A DNA stretch of 64,000 nt from an uncultured Nitrososphaeraceae archaeon (GCA_963779615.1 CAVZZA010000003.1:864001-928000), one strand, 5' to 3'; shown: positions 31,233 through 42,372, counted from the stretch's first letter. Translations and numbers: made by a program. Notes: a model not told the origin generated them from the sequence alone.

Positions 31233-31276
31233 CTTTTTAAAGATTTAAAAATGCTATTTATAAATAATCCTTTTTA

Positions 31277-31801
31277 TTATTCAACTATCCATTTTTTTTC
31301 TGATGAAATGAAATATTTTGTCAAATTTGAGGATGGAGGAAAAGGAGAAGAGGTTATATTTTTGATATCACCTAAATAAAATGAAAAGTTTTTTAGGCTA
31401 TTCATTAATTTTACATATCCATTAACAAGAGGTCCAGATGGATTGCCATTTAACAGGGTTTGCATCAATTCATTATTTTGTTCGATAGAAACATCAATAC
31501 TACTTTTAACTTGGGTTAAATTGGTTTGATTTCCAGACGAAAAATTATTTAACTGATTGCTCACTTCATTTTTTAATATCATATACTGGTTGTTAACAGA
31601 AATCAATGTGTCATTAGGGTTTGAAAAAGGCATAGCGACATTATTTGAAGTGTTATTTTTATTGTTGTCTTGGGGTAAAAACCAGACTATAAAGCTGGCT
31701 CCAACAATACCGATAACTATGAATAAAGTTACAATTAATCCCTTTTTATCCAATTTATTTTTTTTAATTTTATCGCTACTGAATTTTTTATCCGAGGGCA
31801 A
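31277..31801 (-). CDS. Single-pass membrane protein
   Basis: Basic N-terminus, one TM segment (LIVTLFIVIGIVGASFIVWFLP), helical ectodomain. Confidence 0.7.
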   Translation of the reverse strand: MPSDKKFSSDKIKKNKLDKKGLIVTLFIVIGIVGASFIVWFLPQDNNKNNTSNNVAMPFSNPNDTLISVNNQYMILKNEVSNQLNNFSSGNQTNLTQVKSSIDVSIEQNNELMQTLLNGNPSGPLVNGYVKLMNSLKNFSFYLGDIKNITSSPFPPSSNLTKYFISSEKKWIVE

Positions 31802-31911
31802 TAATCCTTTTAAAATAAAACATAATTATTACTTTTTGATTATATGATGATAATAATTAAGAGAAAATATAAATAAAAAAAAACATGAAAAATTAAAATA
31901 TTGAAAATATA

Positions 31912-32241
31912 ATGAATGAAATGAAACAAGAAAACAATTATGCTTTACGTAAAATTAGATATCAAGAAACTCAAATTGCTAACATCTGTGATTTGAATCT
32001 GGTAGGTAAAGAAATCAATCAGGAGGATTTTACAATCAACATATCAAAAGATTATTTTTATAGCGAGGAGATCACAAATGATGATGCGATAAAGATTCTT
32101 AATTCATCCTCAATAATAAATTTGGTAGGAAAAAACATTGTGGACCTTGCCCTTAGTCTCAATCTTGCTAAAAAAAATAGTGTAAAAACAATAGAAGGTG
32201 TACCTTTTCTAATGATATTTAAATTCAAAGGGGTATATTGA
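31912..32241 (+). CDS. DUF424-family protein
   Basis: ICD..LVGK, INLVG..IV, IEGVPF. Confidence 0.85.
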   Translation: MNEMKQENNYALRKIRYQETQIANICDLNLVGKEINQEDFTINISKDYFYSEEITNDDAIKILNSSSIINLVGKNIVDLALSLNLAKKNSVKTIEGVPFLMIFKFKGVY

Positions 32242-32276
32242 TATTTTAAGGTTAGGTAAAAAATTATCTGTGTTGC

Positions 32277-33053
32277 TTATCCATTTTTATAATTGTTAAC
32301 CAAGTTATGAATATTCTGCAATTCAAGAAGTGGGTCTGGAGAACTTGTTATTGCGCGCCCTATTATTAAATAATCAGCCCCGCATTCCAATGCTGACTTA
32401 ATATCCCCCCCTTGTGTAATTAGTCCTGGAGAATAGATCGGAATTTTAGGGTTTTTCGAAGAAAACTCTTTCAATACGTCCAGTCTGTTACCCCCTATAA
32501 CAATACCATCAACTTCAGAATCTTTTGAATTTTGATAAAAAACTCTGTATAGCGTTGTGGGCTCCTCTGGTTTATGATTTGAGGCATCAACTACATGGAC
32601 CCCAAATCCTTCTCTAGCACTGCTGTGGCTCATGTAAACTAGAGAAATAACACCACAATTCAAAGAATGCGCAAAATCAACTGTTGTTTGAAGATTATTT
32701 TTTCCGATAAAAGGGTTAACAATAATCGAATCAAATCCCATTGAATGGAGATAGTCAATAGTCACATCATTTGTATTTGGAATATCATTTAGTTTAATAT
32801 CGGCTATAACCTGCAATTTCTCCCTATGAGCAACATAATTTATTTTTTTTAATTCAGTAAAAGATAATGGCAATATTACATGAAAATTCAATTTAACTGC
32901 GCAAATATATTTACCTAATTTTCTAATTAAATCCAACACATATGTAAATAAGTTATTTGTACCGTATTTTGGATCTATAGCCAAAATCAAGTTGCTTTGC
33001 TTATCTTTGCACAGAATGCCTATCCGCTCAGAAAAAGGAATTGAAGGAGTCAT
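32277..33053 (-). CDS. pyrF: Orotidine-5'-phosphate decarboxylase
   Basis: ILAID, IADIKLNDIPNT, SPG..QGG, IIGRAI. Confidence 0.93.
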   Translation of the reverse strand: MTPSIPFSERIGILCKDKQSNLILAIDPKYGTNNLFTYVLDLIRKLGKYICAVKLNFHVILPLSFTELKKINYVAHREKLQVIADIKLNDIPNTNDVTIDYLHSMGFDSIIVNPFIGKNNLQTTVDFAHSLNCGVISLVYMSHSSAREGFGVHVVDASNHKPEEPTTLYRVFYQNSKDSEVDGIVIGGNRLDVLKEFSSKNPKIPIYSPGLITQGGDIKSALECGADYLIIGRAITSSPDPLLELQNIHNLVNNYKNG

Positions 33054-33542
33054 ATTACAATTTAACAAGTGGATAGAATTCATCTAATTTAATTATTTTC
33101 AAGTAAACAAATCATGTTAAAGGCACAATTACAGGAACAAGACTGTTAGTTTTGATGAACCCATGAGTAGAAATGTTAGCCATCATTCAGTTCCAACAGA
33201 TATAAAAGATATGATGAGGTGATGAGGTGATGTATCGACAACATAAAGAATACCAGCAAACAACATGCTTTGCTTTCATCATCATAATCATAAAATATAG
33301 AAACTCTTGGAAAAATAAATAAAAATATTAAATCACTAACCAGAGTATTTGTGGGTATAAAAAATATCAAAGAGATTTATCGCTAAAAACACAGGAAAAA
33401 ACCAAGCACTTGTTTTGCCTCAAATGTGGGACATTTTAGGAATAAACGGATCAAATGATTAAAGATGCTACTAATAACAATTTGAAGGGCGATATTAATG
33501 AAATAAACAACATTTAATATTGAAAAATAGTTCAAATGCTAT

Positions 33543-34184
33543 ATGACAGGTTACCCCGAAGATGATATTAAAAATGCAGCAGAGATAAGGGAATGGTTGA
33601 CCAAATTAATTTCTGAAAAACAGGAAGAAATAGAAAGAATTAAAATAACATTATCGTTGATTGACTCGGTATTAAAGCAAGGGAGTTTTAAAACTGCAGC
33701 AAACCTTAATTTAAATAAAAAATCGTTATCTAATGAAAAATCATCGATTGTTGAAAACGGGATCAAGAAAGAAGACATTTCACGCATTCAAAAAAATCAG
33801 GAAGAAAAACCACAAGCACTTGAAACTAGACAGATAAAAAGAATGAAAGATAATACAGTAATTGCGCAGGTTGAAGTTTCGAAGGAAAGAATAGAAATAA
33901 TTCCGATGGAATCGATTAACTTTAATTTAGAAACGCCACCTTTCAAATCTTTTTTTATAAACAGGATTCTAGAGGGAATGAAAAGCAAGGACACAGATAA
34001 AATGAAACAAGGGCAACTATCAGAAACAGACATAATTTCCTTTTATACACGGCCTAAAGAAAACAGCGAAAACATCATAAAAAAAATAGAAATTAATAAT
34101 TATAGGGACAAAGAAAGAGTAAATGAAATATTCAATACTGTAGCGTGGGTATTTACAAGAATGCTGGAAAAAGGTGAAAAGTGA
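33543..34184 (+). CDS. hypothetical protein (N-terminal coiled coil)
   Basis: 213-aa ORF; stop overlaps the guaA start (TGATG). Confidence 0.75.
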   Translation: MTGYPEDDIKNAAEIREWLTKLISEKQEEIERIKITLSLIDSVLKQGSFKTAANLNLNKKSLSNEKSSIVENGIKKEDISRIQKNQEEKPQALETRQIKRMKDNTVIAQVEVSKERIEIIPMESINFNLETPPFKSFFINRILEGMKSKDTDKMKQGQLSETDIISFYTRPKENSENIIKKIEINNYRDKERVNEIFNTVAWVFTRMLEKGEK

Positions 34185-35720
34185 TGGATAAAATAATCGT
34201 TTTAGATTTCGGATCACAGGTACAGTCATCTAATATCTAGAAGAATAAGAGAATCTAATGTTTATTGTGAATTATTACCATATAATACACCAATAAAAAC
34301 AATTACGGAATTAAAACCAAAAGGGATAGTTTTGTCAGGCGGACCTGCAAGTGTTTACGAAAAAAATTCTCCAAGGCCGGATGAAAAAATATTTGAACTG
34401 GGTGTCCCAATTTTAGGAATATGCTATGGGCACCAAATCATAGTAGACCATTTTAAAGGAAGAATAAAAAGGGTAATAAACAGAGAATACGGTAATGCGG
34501 TGTTAAAAATAAAAGACAAGAAAAATTTATTTAAAAATATAGAAACAGACAACATACAGTGTTGGATGAGTCACAGCGATACAGCTGAAATAATTCCAGA
34601 GGGATTTGATATTTTAGGAGAGACCAGCAACTCATCTTCAGCAGCCATTGGTAACACGAAAAGTAAAATATTCGGATTGCAATTTCATCCAGAAGTTGCA
34701 CACACTGAAAAGGGGATGGAAATACTCAATAATTTTTCCCATGTAATCAGCGAAGCAAAACAGGATTGGAATATGACTAATTTTATAGATAATAGCATCA
34801 AAGATATAAAATCAAAGGTCGGAGAAGAAAAAGTATTATGTGCAGTTAGTGGGGGTATCGATTCCACAACAACTGCAGTTTTGATTCATAAAGCAATTAA
34901 AGATAATTTAACATGTATTTTTGTCAATCATGGCCTTTTAAGAGAGGACGAAGAAAATATTGTAAAAAAACTTTTTAATGAAGAATTAGGCATACATGTA
35001 AAATACATAGAAGCTCAAGAAATATTCTTAGAAAAATTAAAAGGGATATCGGATCCGGAAGAGAAAAGAAAGATAATTGGAGAAGAATTTGCTAGAGTTT
35101 TTACAGAATTTGCAGAAAAGGAAGGCCCATTTCAATGGCTTGCACAAGGGACACTATATCCAGATGTTATTGAAAGTGGAATATCCACAGGTCCGGCTAC
35201 GGTGATCAAGACACACCATAATGTGGGAGGACTGCCAAGTTGGTTAAACCTAAAAGTAATAGAACCTTTAAGGTATTTGTATAAAGATGAAGTTAGAAAA
35301 GCTGCAAAAATACTTCAAGTACCCAAGGTATTACTTACAAGGCACCCCTTTCCTGGCCCAGGACTTGCAGTGAGAATTTTAGGAGAAATAACTGATGAAA
35401 AGATAAAAATTACGAAAGCAGCTAGCAAAATTGTAGAAGATATATTAACAGAAGATAAAATCTACAGCAAGGTTTGGCAAGCTTTTGCAATAGTAGGTGA
35501 CGATAAGGCCGTTGGAATTCTTGGAGATAAAAGGGTATATGGCCACATTGTGACAATAAGAATAGTCCAATCAATGGATTCAATGACAGCAGATTGGGTA
35601 AGAGTTCCATACAATACGTTGGAAAAAATTAGTTCAAAAATTACAAACGAGATAGAAAATGTAGCATGGGTAACGTATGCAATTTCAAGTAAACCGCCCT
35701 CTACAATCGAGCCTCAATAA
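34184..35720 (+). CDS. guaA: GMP synthase (glutamine-hydrolysing), +1 frameshift at 34220
   Basis: MDKIIVLDFGSQ from ATG 34184 joins YSHLISRRIRE after one extra G; GICYGHQ, QFHPEV, SGGIDS, KTHHN, KPPSTIE. Confidence 0.93.
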
Positions 35721-36401
35721 TTTACTATACAGTAATTTGTCGAATAACTACCAAAAACATTTTATTGTTTTTGTTGTATAACTTGAGGTTGTATATTCAT
35801 TTGTTATTTTAGCAGGGCCATATCCATTCTCCTCAAAATCAGGATTATCTTGGCAAGTTCCTTTAACCATTCCTCTATTTTGATACCATGACTGTATATT
35901 AACACTTTTTATGCGATGAATAGATTGATCCACAAGTTTTGCGCTATTTTTTACTTGGTATGTCATACAATAAAAAAGCAAAATAAATCTGTGGCTTTTT
36001 CCTTAACTTTATACTATCCATACCAAAGGTATTTCTTTGTTTCTCCAACACGATTTGAACCCTACAAGAACTTCAAGTATAAAACCACAGATTACATGGA
36101 TAAGGAAAAGTAATACCTGCATTTCTTAACCTGCTTTTTTTGTTAATGTTCTCAATTAATTTGACTTAAATTGAATTTGTACGGTGGTTTAGTCAATATA
36201 TAACCAGTTGAATGATGGTTTTCTATCGTATATAATGCAGTCCTTTTGTTTATCAACAACTTTGAGTGACTCGAGTAACTCATGTGTCAAAGGGCTTATA
36301 TCGTTTAAAGTTAAGGGAAAATCAATATTTAAACTTAATTTTTAGTTTTGGTTTGTATTGGTTGTATGCATGGAGTAGATATGTTTATGGACTGCTTGAT
36401 C

Positions 36402-36537
36402 TGCCTTGTTGCACGATTCTAAAAACAGTTAAAACTATGCCAATTTATTAGCAAACCACATTATATTTTACTGTTTACTCTGTGGATATAGAACTAAAAC
36501 GTTAAAAAAACGAGTTATTGAATCATGCAACAAAGCA
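36402..36537. mobile_element. MITE, subfamily B (136 bp)
   Basis: TIRs TGCCTTGTTGCACGATT / AATCATGCAACAAAGCA; flanks TGCTTGATC / GGCTTGATC (8/9); interior homologous to the reverse complement of 16212-16350. Confidence 0.85.
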
Positions 36538-36652
36538 GGCTTGATCTATTTTTGAATGATATTATATATAAAATAAATGAATAGGTAAAAAAGCAAAAGT
36601 GTTGACTTAAAAGTCTAAGCTATATAAACCATCCCTATATACTATTAGCTAT

Positions 36653-37260
36653 GTGAATAAACCATCATATGTTTGTTCAAAATGCAAAAGAGCTTTTAGA
36701 AGAAGGTGGAATGCACAAAGACATACTGACACAGTCCATAAGGGATTGTCCGATATCAAATTCAAACATAAACAAGGAAATAGTGCAAATGCCATTAACA
36801 AACCTGGCCGCTACCATCCTCTTTTGCAGCTGCCTCCACACCCTGGAAATATAGGCAAATGCATCAACATAATTCAAAAGACTCTTCATTTGCACCATTT
36901 AACAATAGTGATTCACCTCTGAAAAAAACCAAACAAATCGGCTGTGACTATGGATGAAGGCGAAAAAGAAGACTTTCTCAATAACACTTTGGAAAAAATG
37001 GCAATCTCTATTGAGAGGCTGGAAAAACTGTTTTTGAGAAATTATGTATACCTCGTAAAAATATTGAAAATATGCTATCCCACATCATTATTGATGCATT
37101 GACAATGCCTGATCCGGTTAAATTTATTCAAGACAAATTTACTTATTACAATAGGCAATATTACAGTGCCAAATGATAAAGTATGTGGCCAAATCTTATG
37201 AGATGGATTATTTTGCTGCCACGGAATATTTGAAAAGTGTTATTGGCCAGGTATTTGTGT
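36653..37260 (+). pseudogene. C2H2 zinc-finger protein, probably frameshifted
   Basis: CSKCKRAFRRRWNAQRHTDTVH (C-x2-C-x12-H-x4-H); ORF ends at 36922 but coding-like sequence continues in other frames to ~37260. Confidence 0.6.
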
Positions 37261-37393
37261 AAATGATTTATACAAAAATGTTTATTTTCCTTTGCTTGGA
37301 GCAGGTGCCTTTTTGCCACTATTTGATGGACTGATCGGGATTAAATTCCTTGTAGTAACAAGGGCTCTAATACTTTAAGAATGTATTAATTTG

Positions 37394-37531
37394 TGCTTTG
37401 TTGCATAACTATGAAATTCGTCAATTTATAACAGAGTACATATCAGCATAATACAAATATCGATTATTCCCTTACGGAAATAAAACTAACACACCTAAAA
37501 AATACGAAAATTTGAGTTATGCAACAAAGCA
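37394..37531. mobile_element. MITE, subfamily A (138 bp)
   Basis: Perfect TIR TGCTTTGTTGCATAACT; near-identical to the reverse complement of 5349-5487; no clean TSD. Confidence 0.9.
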
Positions 37532-38751
37532 GTAAATTAAATTCATCTGTTAATAAATTGTAATATAAACAACAATTTCAAATTAAAGGTCATTTGAAGT
37601 CATATTGCACAGGAAACTTTGACGGTATATTCGACGAAATTGACTGAAAAGTTGACGAAAAATGACGGTTTTTAATTAGGTGGAGTTGTTATGTCTAAAA
37701 CCATCTTCAAAAAAGGAGGTTACTTGCAATAGAATAAATGTGGTTGGACGAGCCATCTAAAAAGCAAAAAAAAAGTTTGCCAAGGGCTAACATTTTCCTA
37801 GCGCTTTTTCGAATATAATGACACATTGGGAAAGAAAGAACAGAAAGTCCCAAAATTGATGGTAATGGAGTTTGTAGTATTATGAGTATAAAATCAGGTT
37901 TTTAGATTTTCTCCCCTATCAGATAAAAACGCGTTACACTGTAGAGTAGGAATTAATTATATAGGTATACTCAGGCTACAGATCTGCAATATCCATAATA
38001 TTGTTTCTCTATATACATATCAAAGTTCTTTTTTTGCTTAGCTTAATGAAGAGGATGATAGCATATGGAGGACAATGTTGTACAACAGTCGCATTTAAAA
38101 AAGCATATATCTCTATTAAGGAAAAAAACCCGTTTTAACCTATCAAATCAGAATTTCTTTATTTTATCTTAGAGGCATGTAATTCCTCACGCGGAGAAAA
38201 AAAGGAAAAACAGTTGGATTGGAAACCAACTTTGCGGAATAAAATAAAAAGAGAGTTAAAATAGACATACAACAGATAACACAAATAAGAAACCTCAAAA
38301 AGTTTGCAATAGCCTTTCTTGATTGGCTTACAAACATACAGAGTCATTGAATAAGTATTTCTTTCTACTACATAAATTCCAAAACTTTCAGTAACTGCAA
38401 TAAGGAGAACCATGGCCATGACGCATATGCGATAATGAATGGGTATCGAGTCATAGTCACACAAACTGGAACTAAAAATAATTAAAGACAGTCCAATGGA
38501 AACAAGATAGGAAAAAAGGAATTAGTCAATAAATGATATGAATATTTAAAACTAAATTTTAGAATATTAAAAGGCTCATTTTTTTCTTTTATCGCTGTTT
38601 ATTTTTGCTTTGTTTAGACGTTTCAATTTCACTATAATTAAAAATGTCAAACCCCAAACAATCAAAGACAACGAGATTTGACCAATCATCCAAAAACAAC
38701 CTCCCAAAATGGCAAGGCCAAAGCCTGTAAAACCAAGAACTTTTTTTGTAT

Positions 38752-39498
38752 TCATTTTAATTTATAATTAATTATCCCATTAATTACTGAATTGAATTTA
38801 AAAGACGAAACATTCAATAGTACAGAGTTAGATTTTTTTGCCAACACCTCAATTAAGTGTTTTGCGATAGATAATTTTTTCTTTTTTAATGTTAAATTGG
38901 TTATGATTTTTTTTGAAAAATGCCCTACAGGAGACGCAAAGTCCATTCCAACTAACCAAATCTCTGCAGCTTTGAACTCATCGGCTAAAAACACACACCT
39001 GTCACCATCAGTAAATCCCCCAAAATTATAAACGTTATGAAGAGGAAATACCTGAGTTGTTCCAAGGAAATACCTAAACTTTGGAACAAATTTTATAATT
39101 TTATTGATATTGTCCCCATGAGAATGTATTATCAGTGTTGACCCTAATTTATTGGAAGACAATAAAGAATCCATATTGCCATCAAGATCGGTCACAACAA
39201 AATCAGGAACAATACCCAACTCAAGGCATAATTCTGTTGATCCATCCGCCGATATTATGACAAAATTTGAATGATCCTTGATAAATTTTTGAATCGATGG
39301 CTCTTCTATGCTTGGTCCGGCACCAATTACTAATACTTTTTCGTTGGTCAATTTTTTAAAACAGTTTAATCCAGGCGATCTATCTGAAATCAGACCGGAT
39401 AAAATTAAAGAACTTTGAATATCTTTTTTTATGTCAAGGTTTAGTTTGGGTAAAATTTCCAAATAATGCGGATACCAATCAGCAAATCTCATAGACAA
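38752..39498 (-). CDS. mptE: 6-hydroxymethyl-7,8-dihydropterin pyrophosphokinase (MptE/DUF115)
   Basis: VIGAGPS, ADGS, VVTDLDG, HSHGDN, NFGGFTDGDR, GMDF. Confidence 0.88.
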   Translation of the reverse strand: MSMRFADWYPHYLEILPKLNLDIKKDIQSSLILSGLISDRSPGLNCFKKLTNEKVLVIGAGPSIEEPSIQKFIKDHSNFVIISADGSTELCLELGIVPDFVVTDLDGNMDSLLSSNKLGSTLIIHSHGDNINKIIKFVPKFRYFLGTTQVFPLHNVYNFGGFTDGDRCVFLADEFKAAEIWLVGMDFASPVGHFSKKIITNLTLKKKKLSIAKHLIEVLAKKSNSVLLNVSSFKFNSVINGIINYKLK

Positions 39499-39636
39499 TA
39501 AACTAAAATAATTATTTTAATATAGATATTCATCATATTTATTCATATAATAAAAAACAACAAAAAAGTACTTAATCCACATAGATTATTTTTTGAAATC
39601 AAAACTCATTAATAAATCAAACAGGTACCAACAAAT

Positions 39637-40062
39637 ATGAGTGAAATAAAAACAGATAATTTTTCAGATCAAGAAATAAAAGAGATTTACAAATTAAAGA
39701 ATATTGCCATAGTTGGAATGTCACCCAGTGAAGGCAAACCATCACACTATGTTCCAAAATATTTAATAGAAAAAGGATATAACGTAATTCCAGTCAATCC
39801 AAACTATTCAGAGATTCAGGAAAAAAAATCATATGGAAAAGTTTCAGAAATTCCGGACATGATAGAGATAGTAGACATTTTTAGAAGGTCAGAAGATGTA
39901 TTACAAGTAATAAAGGAGTCAATAGATAAACAAGGAATAAAAGTGATATGGATGCAAAAGGGCATACACAACAAAGAAGCAGAAAAAATCGCCGCAGATA
40001 AAGGAATAAAAGTGATATACAATAGGTGCATGTTAGAAGAACACAAAAGGTTATTCACATAA
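39637..40062 (+). CDS. CoA-binding protein (YccU-like)
   Basis: IAIVGMS, PVNP, VDIFR, WMQKG, NRC. Confidence 0.92.
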   Translation: MSEIKTDNFSDQEIKEIYKLKNIAIVGMSPSEGKPSHYVPKYLIEKGYNVIPVNPNYSEIQEKKSYGKVSEIPDMIEIVDIFRRSEDVLQVIKESIDKQGIKVIWMQKGIHNKEAEKIAADKGIKVIYNRCMLEEHKRLFT

Positions 40063-40145
40063 TCTTTTAGAAAAACTCTAAATTATTAATAAAATGCAAC
40101 AAGTAATTTAATAAATAGAGATTACTTTATTTTGTTGTATAGTTA

Positions 40146-41333
40146 ATGCCTAGATCAGGCCAATCGAATAATAAAAGAAATTTTACAAATAATAACAACC
40201 GTAATGCAATACGATCGTTTCAAGGTTACAACAAAATAATAATTATTTGTATAGACAGAGATGATGACATAGGAATCAAAGGTGGACTTGAGACACCAAT
40301 AATAGGCAAAGAACTTTGCATTGAAGCAGGAACAAGTCTTGCAATAAAAGATCCAGAAGATTCTGATTGTAATGCAATCTTTGGGGCAATTAAATCCTAT
40401 GAAGAATTTAGGACAAAAGGCCACGATGTGGAGGTCACTCTTGTGGCAGGCAGATTTAACAGAGGCATAGAGGGGGATGCAAAAATTGCACAAGAAATAG
40501 ACACAGTATTGGATAAATATAATGCAGATGGAGCAGTAGTTGTCTCAGATGGAGAAGATGACGAAACAGTAATTCCCATAATTCAAGGAAAAATTCCAAT
40601 AATTTCAATTCAAAGGGTAATAGTTAGACAAAGCAGAAGTGTAGAATACTCATATGCTATTTTGGCACGCTATATAAAAATATTATTTTACGATCCTCGG
40701 TATTCCAAGTTTTTCCTCGGTTTACCCGGTGCATTACTCGTAACCAGCGGGCTTTCGATAATTTTTGGATTTTCAAGAGAAGCATTTGCTTTGGGCTTGA
40801 GCATGTTGGGTTTGGCATTTATTGTAAGGGCATTTGACATAGACAAATCAATAGCTACGTTATCCAAACCAACGCCTTCAGGATTCATAAGGATATTCTC
40901 ATATTTTGCAGGAACATTGATTATTTTAGCATCAATACTGAATGGAATATCGCACATTCCTCCGAATTTAATAGAATCACAAAAAGGAATAACTTCAATA
41001 ATTACAAATAAATCAATACTAGAGAGTTTTGCATCAGGAACCATTACATTGTTATGGATAGGAATATCAACAATTTTTGCAGGAGTGTTATTAAGCAATT
41101 GGTTTAAGGGCAGTATAAAAATAATATATGATATTTTAAGATTGGTTGTTCTTGCTTTGCTTTATATACCAATGCTACAGTTCACATCACTCATCAGCGC
41201 AAGGGGGAATCCATTTAATCTGATTTCTTCTCTACTGATAGGGCTGGCAATTACTTTAATAGTTGCAACGTTTCTTTTTCAATACTTTAGAAATAGAAAA
41301 GGTGGAGAGGCGCTTAAAAACGACAATCAATAG
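40146..41333 (+). CDS. DUF373-family membrane protein
   Basis: CIDRDDDIG, DPEDSD.N, SDGEDDE, VRQS; multiple C-terminal TM segments. Confidence 0.88.
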   Translation: MPRSGQSNNKRNFTNNNNRNAIRSFQGYNKIIIICIDRDDDIGIKGGLETPIIGKELCIEAGTSLAIKDPEDSDCNAIFGAIKSYEEFRTKGHDVEVTLVAGRFNRGIEGDAKIAQEIDTVLDKYNADGAVVVSDGEDDETVIPIIQGKIPIISIQRVIVRQSRSVEYSYAILARYIKILFYDPRYSKFFLGLPGALLVTSGLSIIFGFSREAFALGLSMLGLAFIVRAFDIDKSIATLSKPTPSGFIRIFSYFAGTLIILASILNGISHIPPNLIESQKGITSIITNKSILESFASGTITLLWIGISTIFAGVLLSNWFKGSIKIIYDILRLVVLALLYIPMLQFTSLISARGNPFNLISSLLIGLAITLIVATFLFQYFRNRKGGEALKNDNQ

Positions 41334-41376
41334 AAATAAACATGTTTCCAAAAGTTTGGTATTATAATAATAAATC

Positions 41377-42186
41377 ATGTCCATATTAGATAAATGCTTA
41401 AAAGTAATCTACAAACTCTCAAAACATAATATAATCTATAAAATTTATGAAAAACATCTTTTAAATCAGATAAATCAATACCCATCCCCACAACACATAG
41501 GTATAATTTTAGATGGCAACAGAAGGTGGTCAAAAATAAAAGAAGTGGAAAAAGAGAAAGGCCATAAAATAGGTGCAGACATAGCAGAAGATTTGCTTAA
41601 CTGGATATATGATTTAGGGATAAAAATAACTACAGTTTATGTGCTTTCAGACGAAAATCTGGAAAGGGAGCCATACGAGATTAATAATATTTACTCGCTA
41701 TTAGAAGAGAAACTAGATAAATTATACAAGGATACAAGGATACACAACAAACAAATAAGGATAAAGTCGATAGGGGATTTCAAGAAATTACCAGAAGGGC
41801 TTCAGAGAATATTAAAAAAACTAGAGATAATAACAGAAAATTACCAAAATATGTATTTAAATATAGCTATTGCGTATGGAGGACAAAAGGAATTATTGAA
41901 TGCGATAAAGAAAATAGCAATATCGGTTAAGCAAAGCAAAATAGAAATTGACGAAATAGATGAAAAACTAATAGAATCAAATTTGTATACAGCACACCTT
42001 CCACAAGCAGAACCTGATTTAATATTAAGAACTTCAGGGGAAAAGAGATTGAGTGGTTTTTTATTATGGCAGAGTGCGTATAGCGAACTTATTTTTGTAG
42101 ACATTTTTTGGCCTGAATTCAGAAAGATAGACCTAATGAGGGCGATAAGGACATACCAAAAAAGATCCAGAAGATATGGAAAATGA
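41377..42186 (+). CDS. uppS: cis-prenyltransferase (undecaprenyl diphosphate synthase family)
   Basis: HIGIILDGNRRW, AYGGQ, RTSGEKRLSGFLLWQ, WPEF. Confidence 0.95.
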   Translation: MSILDKCLKVIYKLSKHNIIYKIYEKHLLNQINQYPSPQHIGIILDGNRRWSKIKEVEKEKGHKIGADIAEDLLNWIYDLGIKITTVYVLSDENLEREPYEINNIYSLLEEKLDKLYKDTRIHNKQIRIKSIGDFKKLPEGLQRILKKLEIITENYQNMYLNIAIAYGGQKELLNAIKKIAISVKQSKIEIDEIDEKLIESNLYTAHLPQAEPDLILRTSGEKRLSGFLLWQSAYSELIFVDIFWPEFRKIDLMRAIRTYQKRSRRYGK

Positions 42187-42225
42187 GTAAAAGAAAAAAG
42201 TTAATATCATGCCATTTTTTACACA

Positions 42226-42372
42226 ATGGGAAGAATGCCTCAGCATGGAGATATAGAAAAAGAGACAAAAAAAATATACTGTGGTTATTGGATGACAATG
42301 GAGGAATGGGAAGACATACATGATTACAGTACGGGTGAAAAATTTGACGATTCAAACATTAGAATAGATTAA
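42226..42372 (+). CDS. 48-aa acidic microprotein
   Basis: MGRMPQHGDIEKETKKIYCGYWMTMEEWEDIHDYSTGEKFDDSNIRID; fills the uppS-Nudix gap in the same orientation. Confidence 0.6.
   Translation: MGRMPQHGDIEKETKKIYCGYWMTMEEWEDIHDYSTGEKFDDSNIRID

Noticed and set aside
33209-33232. GATGAGGT tandem repeat or possible C/D-box sRNA
   Set aside because: Only ~2.5 copies and no correctly spaced CTGA D boxes
34200-34240. Programmed ribosomal frameshifting in guaA, trpD or the esterase
   Set aside because: No slippery heptamer or stimulatory structure at the sites; single-base over-calls explain them more simply
35748-36120. Possible decayed gene on the minus strand
   Set aside because: Coding-like composition, but no family could be recognised
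35700-38750. Integrative element at the guaA 3' end
   Set aside because: No duplicated guaA terminus and no integrase found
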